A stretch of DNA of 64,000 nucleotides. Origin: Bacilli bacterium (lineage in GTDB: Bacteria; Bacillota_I; Bacilli_A; RFN20; CAG-826). Location: positions 1,036 to 65,035 of the forward strand of contig JAEDOI010000002.1 of the NCBI GenBank assembly GCA_016302065.1, written 5' to 3'. The notes under the pieces were generated by a model, which saw only the letters and a program-made list of their open reading frames with translations, made no database searches and had not been told where the DNA came from. Made by a program: the position numbers and the translations under genes. This document shows, one piece after another, positions 56,443 to 64,000 of this stretch; the first letter of the stretch is position 1; each line of letters starts with the position of its first letter.

Positions 56443-58209
56443 TTAAGAAATCTTTTTAATTTTTTCAAGAAGTTTCTCTGCTGCATCTTTTGGAATAATC
56501 TGTGTTAACTCTTCAATAGTAGCAAACGATAGATCTTTTAACGTTGGATAACGTCTAATTAAATTCTCCTTTTTAACTTTTCCAATGCCTTTTACATCAT
56601 CAAAAATAGACTTAAACATATCTTTACTACGTTTTTTAATGTGTGTTGATATTGCAAAACGATGAACTTCATCTTGCATCCTTGTTAAAAAGAAAAATAG
56701 CGGCTTATCATTTTTTATGTCAATTTTTTCTCCATTTTCATTTAATAAACCTGAAGTGTGATGATTGTTATCTTTAAATAAAGAACAAATATTTATATGA
56801 ATTCCTAACTCTTTTAATACTTCTTCACCAATTTCAAGTTGAGATAAACCTCCATCTAAAATAATTAAATCAGGATATCTTGAATTTTCTTCTTTAAGTC
56901 TTTTGTATCTTCTTGTTAGTATTTCTTTCATACTGCTTAAATCATCATTTTTATTAAAAGATTCAATATTGTATTTTCTATACAATTTTTTATATGGTTC
57001 GCCATTAATAAAAGCAACACTTGCTCCTATTGCATTTGTTCCGTTTAAATGAGAATTATCAAACAATTCGATATAATATGGTGTTTTTATATTTAAAATG
57101 GAGCCAAGTTTTTCTAATAATTCAAGTTTATTATCATCTATTCTTGCAGTTAAAAAATGTTCGTCTAAAGCTTCTTTCGAATTATCTAAAATTGTACTTG
57201 AAGAATCAAATATTTTTCCTTTTGTAACATAAATTACATTTAAATTTTCATTAAATGTTACTATATAATCTTTTAAATCCTTATTAAAAACATCTATTTC
57301 TTTAGGGATTATATTATTTGCATAGTATTGTAAAATAATATTTCCAACAAATTCATTTAAATCTCCAATTATTTCATAAACAAATTTTCTTTTTGACAAT
57401 AATTTTCCTTGTCTATATATAAAAAATACAATACCAACATAACCTTCTCGAGTCGAAAACCCTATTAAATCCCTGTCAATTTTATCCATAAATTCTACTT
57501 GTTGTTTTTCATTAATGTTTTTAATTGCATCAAGTAAATTTTTATATTCTTTTGCTTTTTCAAATTCTAAATTAGAAATAGATTCATTTAATAAATTATT
57601 TAAATTCCCTATGATTTCCTTATTATTTCCATTTAAAAATGATTCAATCTTTTTAATTTCTTCGTCATATTCTTCCTTTGAAATATGATTAATACATGCT
57701 CCAAAACATTGATGCATATGATAATATAAACATGGTTTAGTAGGTAAAGTTTTACATTTTCTAAGTCTAAATAATTTATCAACAACTCCTAACGTTTCAT
57801 AACAATATGATGAAGAAGGATAGGGTCCAAAATAAATAAATTTACTATTATTTGTATTTCTAGAAATTGTAATATATGGATTTTCATTTTTCTTAGCAAT
57901 CGCAATATAAGGATAATGTTTATCATCCATTAATAAAATATTATATCTAGGAGTATGTTTTTTAATCAAATTCATTTCTAAAATTAATGCTTCTTTTTCA
58001 GTTGAAGTAATAATTGTTTCAAAATGATCGACATTTTTAACCATCATAAAAGTTTTTCCGTTTTGTGGACGTAAAAAATATTGGGACACTCTATTCTTTA
58101 AATTTTTGGCTTTTCCAACATAAATTATATTGTTATCTTTATCAAACATTTGATAACAACCAGGTTTATTTGGCAATAAACTTATTTCTCTTTTTAATAA
58201 TTCGTTCAT
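56443..58209 (-). CDS. uvrC: excinuclease ABC subunit C
   Basis: 588 aa. GIY-YIG motif (GCYQMFDKDNNIIYVGKAKNLKNRVSQYF), an RNase H-like domain and a C-terminal HhH. Confidence 0.95.
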   Translation of the reverse strand: MNELLKREISLLPNKPGCYQMFDKDNNIIYVGKAKNLKNRVSQYFLRPQNGKTFMMVKNVDHFETIITSTEKEALILEMNLIKKHTPRYNILLMDDKHYPYIAIAKKNENPYITISRNTNNSKFIYFGPYPSSSYCYETLGVVDKLFRLRKCKTLPTKPCLYYHMHQCFGACINHISKEEYDEEIKKIESFLNGNNKEIIGNLNNLLNESISNLEFEKAKEYKNLLDAIKNINEKQQVEFMDKIDRDLIGFSTREGYVGIVFFIYRQGKLLSKRKFVYEIIGDLNEFVGNIILQYYANNIIPKEIDVFNKDLKDYIVTFNENLNVIYVTKGKIFDSSSTILDNSKEALDEHFLTARIDDNKLELLEKLGSILNIKTPYYIELFDNSHLNGTNAIGASVAFINGEPYKKLYRKYNIESFNKNDDLSSMKEILTRRYKRLKEENSRYPDLIILDGGLSQLEIGEEVLKELGIHINICSLFKDNNHHTSGLLNENGEKIDIKNDKPLFFFLTRMQDEVHRFAISTHIKKRSKDMFKSIFDDVKGIGKVKKENLIRRYPTLKDLSFATIEELTQIIPKDAAEKLLEKIKKIS

Positions 58210-60488
58210 TTTAATGTTACTATTGTAGCTCCACTTCCACCATCGATTCCGCCCAATTTAAAAGATTTTACATATCTAGAAGTTTTTAAATAATTGTGAA
58301 TTGCTTCTCTTAATTTTCCAGTACCATATCCATGAATTACTTTTACTTCCTTATATTTTCTAATTGAACAATCATCTAAATATTTACTTAATGCATCAAT
58401 TGCTTCATCGATGTGATACCCTATTAAATTAATGGAGAAACTAACAGGTTTAATGTTAAAAATTTCATCATCTATATTTCTTGTAGACTTTAATGTTTTC
58501 TTTTCTCCTTGCACTAAAGAAACTTTATCTTTGCTAATTTTAGATTTAAAACCATTTTCTAAAGATACAACTAATGTGTCTTTATTAATTGACATTATTT
58601 TTCCTCTACAATTCAAAGACTTAATGAAGACATTGTCCCCAACCTTAAATTCTTCATTATTTTCAACTTTAATTACATTTTCTAGCTTATTTGTTGCATC
58701 CTTAATATTCTTATTTTTAATAAAATCATCATAAATTGAATTAATTTCATCATATTTACTATCTAAATATTGATCTAATTCATCAAGTTTTTTGTCCTTT
58801 AATTTTTGCTCTTTTAATTGTAAATCTTTTCTTAATTTTTCAATTTCTTTCTCTTTTTCACTTAAAATATTTTCCCTATCTTTAAGTTCTTTTTCATATT
58901 CTTTTAACTTAATTTCTTTACTTTCTACTTTTCTAATTTTAACTTCTTCTTTTGTTAAATAGTTTTGATTATAAATAGATATAGCATCACTTACGATATC
59001 TGCACTTATTCCATATTTTTTAGCAATCAAAAAACCATATGATTTCCCACCTATTCCAATCAACATCTTATAAGTTGAGGTAATTTTTCTTTCATTAAAC
59101 ATAAATGAAGCATTAATAACTTCCTCATGTTCATACGCAAATTTTTTTACTAAATCATAGTGGCTTGTTAATATTGAAAAACATTTCTTCTTTAATAAAA
59201 ATTTTGCAATAGCAACTGCTAAAGATTCACCCTCTTTTGGATCTGTTCCATTTCCTATTTCATCTATCAAAACTAAATCATTGCAATTACAATGATTAAA
59301 AATATAAGAGAGAGATGAAATATGCGCACTAAAAGTTGATAAATTAGATTCTAACGATTGACTATCACCAATATCAAGATAAATATGGTTAAATAAAGTT
59401 ACTTCACTATCTTTCGATACAGTTAAAGGTAAGCCTAATTTAATCATATAACAAAGTATAGCAATTGTTTTTAAGGCTACTGTTTTTCCACCAGCATTAG
59501 GTCCGCTAATAATCATCATAATATTACTTTCATTAAGTGAAAAATCATTAGAAATAACTACATTTTTATCAATTAAAGGGTGTTTTGCTTCTAATAGATT
59601 AATAATTTTTTTCTTTGATGGAAAAATTATATTAGCATCATTTTCTTTTTTAAACTTAATTTTAGCTTCAATAAAATCTAATTCTCCAATAGAGTCATTT
59701 GTTGCTTTATAACTATTAAAATTATCTTCAAATTCTAACGTAAATACTCTTAATATCTTATTAATTTCATTTCTTTCTTCTATTTCAAGACAATGGAATT
59801 CATTTTGTAATTCAACTATTTCAAAAGGTTCAATAAATGTTGTTAATTTTGAATCACTAACATCTTTTACAATACCTTTAATACTATTTTTATAACTTGA
59901 ATTAACGGCTAAACAATATCCTCCATCTCTTAAATGAACTTTGTCACTTTCTAAAAATTGTGAATAAGTTGTTAAATATGAAGACATTTTTTTCTTAATT
60001 TCGCCTTGAATTCTAGATTTATTTCTTCTTATATTTTTTAAGTTTGGACTTGCTTCATCCAATATTTCACCATCTTTCCCAATTATTTTATTAATATCAT
60101 TTAATAAAATTAAAGATGGTTTAATTTTTTCAATATTTTCTTTTAAATAAATAAATTGATAATTATGTTTGAATATGAATCTTTCTAAATCAATTGTTGA
60201 AAGAATATCTTCTCTAATTACCATTAAATCTTCTTCAACTAATACTGCTCCTTGATTTATTTTTTTAATTAATTCATCTAAATCAATGTTTGTTGAAATC
60301 GGTAATACGCCAAACATTTCTTCATATTTATCTAATTCGTTAAACTTATTTAATTCATTTGTAATATATGAAAAATCATTTGAAGGTTTTAATAAATTTA
60401 AAATTTCTAACCCCTTTTTAGTTTTAAGGTTATTTTTAATTTTTTCAATAATTAAGTCTATTTCTAAAATTTTCCACGCTTTATCCAT
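58206..60488 (-). CDS. mutS2: endonuclease MutS2
   Basis: 760 aa. Walker A GPNAGGKTV and a C-terminal Smr domain (VIHGYGTGKLREAIHNYL). Confidence 0.95.
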   Translation of the reverse strand: MDKAWKILEIDLIIEKIKNNLKTKKGLEILNLLKPSNDFSYITNELNKFNELDKYEEMFGVLPISTNIDLDELIKKINQGAVLVEEDLMVIREDILSTIDLERFIFKHNYQFIYLKENIEKIKPSLILLNDINKIIGKDGEILDEASPNLKNIRRNKSRIQGEIKKKMSSYLTTYSQFLESDKVHLRDGGYCLAVNSSYKNSIKGIVKDVSDSKLTTFIEPFEIVELQNEFHCLEIEERNEINKILRVFTLEFEDNFNSYKATNDSIGELDFIEAKIKFKKENDANIIFPSKKKIINLLEAKHPLIDKNVVISNDFSLNESNIMMIISGPNAGGKTVALKTIAILCYMIKLGLPLTVSKDSEVTLFNHIYLDIGDSQSLESNLSTFSAHISSLSYIFNHCNCNDLVLIDEIGNGTDPKEGESLAVAIAKFLLKKKCFSILTSHYDLVKKFAYEHEEVINASFMFNERKITSTYKMLIGIGGKSYGFLIAKKYGISADIVSDAISIYNQNYLTKEEVKIRKVESKEIKLKEYEKELKDRENILSEKEKEIEKLRKDLQLKEQKLKDKKLDELDQYLDSKYDEINSIYDDFIKNKNIKDATNKLENVIKVENNEEFKVGDNVFIKSLNCRGKIMSINKDTLVVSLENGFKSKISKDKVSLVQGEKKTLKSTRNIDDEIFNIKPVSFSINLIGYHIDEAIDALSKYLDDCSIRKYKEVKVIHGYGTGKLREAIHNYLKTSRYVKSFKLGGIDGGSGATIVTLK

Positions 60489-60489
60489 A

Positions 60490-61281
60490 TTATTTTATTT
60501 TAATCTCTTTAAGTAAATTTAAATTATGTTTATCCACAAATCTTTTTAAGAAATTTGAAGGTATATTTAATATTGCTTCTGGAGAATGAACATCCATTCC
60601 TATAACAACTTTAGCTTTGTATTTTGAAATTTCGCTAAATGTATAATGATTTGGATAACATTGAGTACCATTAATAATCGAATTATAGTTATTACCTAAT
60701 ATTCCTCCACAATTCACCTCTAATGGAACATCATATTTAACACTAGCCTCACCTAAAACTTTTCCTATATATTCAAGAATTTTAGGATCTTTTATATTTG
60801 AAGCGCTAAAATCAGGATGACAAACATATAAAAATAATCCAGTTTTCATTGCTTCAACAATTGAAGAGCAATATTTTTTAACCCCATCAAAATCATCAAT
60901 ATGTTTCATCCAATATCTAACTTCACCATTTTCATAATAACAATGTTGACCAAGAATTAAGTACTCAATACCATTATTTAATAATTCTCTATAATAAGAT
61001 AAGTATTTTTTATCATACTCAATTTCTAACCCAATGTGAATTTCAATTTGATCTTTATATTTTTCTTTTAAAGAAGAAATTGATTTAATATATCCATCTA
61101 GTTCTTCATAATCCATTCTCATTCCATAATGATGAATATCTTTAAAAGGAGCATGATCACTAAAACCAAGAACCTTTATTCCTTTTTCAATGGCTTTTAA
61201 AACATACTCCTCATCGGTTCCAGAAGCATGATTACATCTATAAGTATGTGTATGTAAGTTATAATTGACAATATGATTCAT
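60490..61281 (-). CDS. PHP-domain histidinol-phosphatase-family hydrolase
   Basis: 263 aa. Sequence includes NLHTHTYRCNHASG, FSDHAP and GMDVHS. Confidence 0.8.
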   Translation of the reverse strand: MNHIVNYNLHTHTYRCNHASGTDEEYVLKAIEKGIKVLGFSDHAPFKDIHHYGMRMDYEELDGYIKSISSLKEKYKDQIEIHIGLEIEYDKKYLSYYRELLNNGIEYLILGQHCYYENGEVRYWMKHIDDFDGVKKYCSSIVEAMKTGLFLYVCHPDFSASNIKDPKILEYIGKVLGEASVKYDVPLEVNCGGILGNNYNSIINGTQCYPNHYTFSEISKYKAKVVIGMDVHSPEAILNIPSNFLKRFVDKHNLNLLKEIKIK

Positions 61282-61352
61282 ATTTAGTTATTTTAACATT
61301 TTTAAACAAGTTTAAATAGAAATAAAACCAAATTTAAGTTAAAATAATATTA

Positions 61353-62282
61353 ATGTTAACCATTAAAATAACTTTAGAGACATTAAAGTTAATAGAAGAA
61401 AAATATAAAGATTACATTACTGATAGAAATATTGGATATATTTTATTTGTTGCAAAATTTGATGGAAATATAATTACAGTCTACGATAATAACAAAAAGA
61501 ACTACTACAAAATGACTATCCAAGGTCAAGATCCAATGAGTATTGCTAAATTATATTCAATGGATGAAAAAATTTGTCCTAAGAAAGCTAAAATTGAAAA
61601 AGAATCTCCTTATTTTATTGATGTAGATAATCAAATTGGAAGTGATGAAGTTGGCACTGGAGATTTCTTAGGACCAATTGTTGTTTGTAGTGCTTTTGTA
61701 AATCATGAAACAATGAAATTAATTAAAGAACAAGGGATTACTGATAGTAAAAAATTAAGCGATGAAAAAATACTTGAAATTGTTCCAGCTTTAATTAATA
61801 AAGTTTATTATATAAGCAAAGTTTTAACTAATGATCGATATAATAATGCCACCAATAAAGGTTATAATATGAATCAAATTAAGGCGGTTTTGCATAACTA
61901 TTGTTTAGTTAATCTTCATAAAAAAATGCCTTATGTTCAAAATGTTTATGTTGATAAATTTTGTGATGAAAAATTGTATTACCAATATTTATCTCAATCA
62001 AAAGAGGTGGAAAAACATATAGTTTTTAAAGAAAAAGGCGAAACATATTTTCCTAGCGTAGCTTTAGCTAGTTGCATTGCTAGATACTTATTTTTAAAAG
62101 AAATTGCAACATTAAACGAAAAATATAAAGTTAAAATTCCTCTTGGAGCTAGCGCTGAGGTTGATAAATTTGCTATAGAATTTATTAAAAAATATGGTGA
62201 AAATGAGTTTTTAAAAATATGTAAATCTAATTTTAAAAACTATCAAAAAATTAAAGAACAAGAACAAGAAAAATTATTTTAA
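61353..62282 (+). CDS. rnhC: ribonuclease HIII
   Basis: 309 aa. N-terminal DUF3378-like domain, then GSDEVGTGDFLGPIVVC and DSKKLSD. Confidence 0.92.
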   Translation: MLTIKITLETLKLIEEKYKDYITDRNIGYILFVAKFDGNIITVYDNNKKNYYKMTIQGQDPMSIAKLYSMDEKICPKKAKIEKESPYFIDVDNQIGSDEVGTGDFLGPIVVCSAFVNHETMKLIKEQGITDSKKLSDEKILEIVPALINKVYYISKVLTNDRYNNATNKGYNMNQIKAVLHNYCLVNLHKKMPYVQNVYVDKFCDEKLYYQYLSQSKEVEKHIVFKEKGETYFPSVALASCIARYLFLKEIATLNEKYKVKIPLGASAEVDKFAIEFIKKYGENEFLKICKSNFKNYQKIKEQEQEKLF

Positions 62283-63179
62283 TTCATTTAATATATCTTT
62301 AAAATAAGAAGGTAATGGTGCTTCTAACGTCATTATTTCATTTGTTGAAGGATGTTTAAAAGTTAATTTATAAGCATGTAATAATTGCCCATTATTATAA
62401 ATATTAGTTGATCCATTATATAAACTATCCCCTACAATTGGGTGCCCAATACTAGACATATGAACTCTTATTTGATGAGTTCTTCCGGTTTCAAGAGAAC
62501 AATCAATTAATGTATATTTTTCATATCTTTTTAATACTTTAAAATGAGTAATAGCATCTTTGCCATTGACTGTATCAATAGCCATTTTTAAACGATTATT
62601 TTTATCTCTTCCAATTGGACCAATTACTTTTCCTGCATCTTTCGTAATAACTCCATCAACTAAAGCAACATAATTTCGATACATTGAGTGATCTTTTAAT
62701 TGCTCAGCAATATTAATATGGGCTTTATCATTTTTACAAATTAAAAGTAAACCAGAAGTATCTTTATCAATTCGATGGACAATTCCAACTCTTAATGCTC
62801 CATTTACAGTTGATAATTTCTTTTTATTATAAATTAAAGCATTAACAAGTGTATCGTTTTCATGTCCTCCACCTGGATGGACAACTAATCCTTTAGGTTT
62901 ATTAATCACTAATATATCTTCATCTTCATAAATTACATCTAATTTAAACTCATAAGGAGTTAATGAAGAATCTTGATCTTTAAAAAAACAAGTAATTTCA
63001 TCATTTAATTTAACATTATAGCTAGGAGAAACACTTTTTCCATTAACTAATATTTGATTATTTTTAATCATATTAGAAAAATAAGCTCTACTATACTCTT
63101 TATTTAATAAAGTTAAAGCTCTATCTAACCTTAAACTTACAATATTTTTATCAACTATATATTTAATTTCACTATTCAT
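62274..63179 (-). CDS. rluD: 23S rRNA pseudouridine synthase RluD family
   Basis: 301 aa. S4 domain and the catalytic motif HRIDKDTSGLLL. lspA-rluD synteny. Confidence 0.93.
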   Translation of the reverse strand: MNSEIKYIVDKNIVSLRLDRALTLLNKEYSRAYFSNMIKNNQILVNGKSVSPSYNVKLNDEITCFFKDQDSSLTPYEFKLDVIYEDEDILVINKPKGLVVHPGGGHENDTLVNALIYNKKKLSTVNGALRVGIVHRIDKDTSGLLLICKNDKAHINIAEQLKDHSMYRNYVALVDGVITKDAGKVIGPIGRDKNNRLKMAIDTVNGKDAITHFKVLKRYEKYTLIDCSLETGRTHQIRVHMSSIGHPIVGDSLYNGSTNIYNNGQLLHAYKLTFKHPSTNEIMTLEAPLPSYFKDILNELK

Positions 63180-63807
63180 CTTTATTTTTTATATTTGGAT
63201 CTATAGAATCATTTTTTAATTTTTGCTCAACCTTTTTATGTTTTTCGATCTCTTCTTTAACCAATTCAACTATAAAGTAAATTAATAAAGCAAAAATCGA
63301 ACATACAAGAATGGCATCAGCTACATTAAAAATCCCAAAATTTGGCCACCATCTTTGAATACTTAAAAAATCAACAACGCTACCTTGTTCTCTATTAAAG
63401 AAGAAAGTTCTATCAATCAAATTGCCAATATCACCTGCAAGAACAAAACTGAAAATAATCCAAAAGCCATATTTAATTTCTTTTCTTTTTATAACTAAAT
63501 ATATAAAATAACCAATTATTCCAACTGCAACAAGCCAAGAAATAATAACTAACAAAATTCTTGTGAATAGATTATCTCCGCCCATTCCCCAGGCTGCTCC
63601 TTTATTATAAACGAGATTAAAAACTAATAAATCACCTAAAAATGGCACTTCACCTTTTCCAGTTAAATATCTAATTGCTAAAATCTTTGTAATTTGATCA
63701 AATAGAACAAAAACAATGACAATAAGAACTAAAGATATGACAAAAAGGATATTTTTCTTTGTAAAAAACTTTTCTTTTATTCCATTGCTTTCTTGCATCT
63801 TGGACAT
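63172..63807 (-). CDS. lspA: lipoprotein signal peptidase II
   Basis: 211 aa. Sequence includes NKGAAWG, VVDFL and FNVADA. Follows ileS. Confidence 0.92.
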   Translation of the reverse strand: MSKMQESNGIKEKFFTKKNILFVISLVLIVIVFVLFDQITKILAIRYLTGKGEVPFLGDLLVFNLVYNKGAAWGMGGDNLFTRILLVIISWLVAVGIIGYFIYLVIKRKEIKYGFWIIFSFVLAGDIGNLIDRTFFFNREQGSVVDFLSIQRWWPNFGIFNVADAILVCSIFALLIYFIVELVKEEIEKHKKVEQKLKNDSIDPNIKNKDE

Positions 63808-64000
63808 AAATGGACTTCTCCTTCTGTAATAATTTCGTCTTCATCTTTATAATTCCAACATCTATCGCATCTAACTCCAGTGTGTTTACTAACTAATGAA
63901 TTAGAAACTTCACCTTTAAATCCTTCTACGTTATCTTTTAAAACAACTTTTGAGACAATAAACAATCTTTCAACTTCAACATGAGGATAGGTATCAATTA
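63777..64000 (-). CDS. ileS: isoleucine--tRNA ligase, C-terminal fragment (5' end beyond window)
   Basis: The reading frame is open to the window edge. The C-terminal zinc finger CDRCWNY..CPRCKK is typical of IleS. ileS-lspA synteny. Confidence 0.85.
   Translation of the reverse strand, partial: IDTYPHVEVERLFIVSKVVLKDNVEGFKGEVSNSLVSKHTGVRCDRCWNYKDEDEIITEGEVHLCPRCKKAME

Noticed and set aside
3209-60516. 22 short ORFs from the six-frame track: 3209-3430, 3354-3557, 4326-4532, 6590-6823, 7205-7522, 7320-7568, 8015-8218, 16119-16343, 17397-17582, 19801-19992, 23937-24332, 33943-34173, 38866-39087, 40256-40450, 41656-41874, 45387-45647, 48159-48374, 49001-49222, 52225-52407, 57021-57227, 58432-58734, 60286-60516.
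   Set aside because: Each is nested in, or antisense to, a long ORF with clear conserved-family motifs. They have low-complexity A/T-codon translations and no SD. They are the expected random ORFs of an AT-rich sequence.
60481-60538. A perfect DnaA box TTATCCACA (60530-60538) and a one-mismatch box TTATCCATA (60481-60489), which could indicate oriC.
   Set aside because: Both lie inside or at the edge of coding sequence (the PHP gene 3' end and the mutS2 start codon). No dnaA/dnaN, AT-rich unwinding element or box cluster is present. The gene-strand pattern indicates a terminus, not an origin.

Overview
This is a 64-kb, very AT-rich (roughly 27-30% GC by eye), tightly packed core-chromosome region from a low-GC Firmicutes/Mollicutes-type bacterium. 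It uses the standard genetic code: TGA is a stop (cdd ends with TGA at 1618-1620). I call 63 protein genes. One of them, rpmG, is below the ORF-track size cut-off, and ileS is 5'-truncated at the right edge. I found no rRNA, tRNA, CRISPR, recognisable mobile element or defence island. Gene order follows Bacillus subtilis blocks: ybeY-cdd-era-recO-glyQS-dnaG-sigA; plsY-parE-parC; yqeG-yqeH-yhbY-yqeK; xerD-deoB; asp23-nusB-xseA-xseB; secDF-recJ-relA-hisS-aspS; ruvAB; rplU-prp-rpmA-obg; tig-lon-engB-valS; ileS-lspA-rluD. Several genes expected inside those blocks are absent: mreBCD-minCD between radC and rplU, plus dgkA, aroE, nadD, rsfS and folD. That fits a reduced, probably wall-less, Acholeplasma-like lineage. 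Mostly plus-strand genes (136-25251) converge on 30 consecutive minus-strand genes (25466-61281). A 28-bp sequence in the convergence gap matches the XerCD dif consensus, so the window probably spans the replication terminus. The protein content is ordinary housekeeping and I see no novel protein-encoded system. The main signal that annotated features do not explain is non-coding: six intergenic arrays of the hexamer TTAGTA repeated at an exact 11-bp period, each co-oriented with the neighbouring transcription unit and often placed between a stop codon and a terminator. Secondary observations are: an 11-bp hairpin that sequesters the SD of a 60-aa membrane-protein gene, an EF-P lacking the canonical KPGKG loop lysine, leaderless-type promoters, aaRS genes with no room for T-box leaders, and an ABC binding-protein/permease pair with no ATPase.
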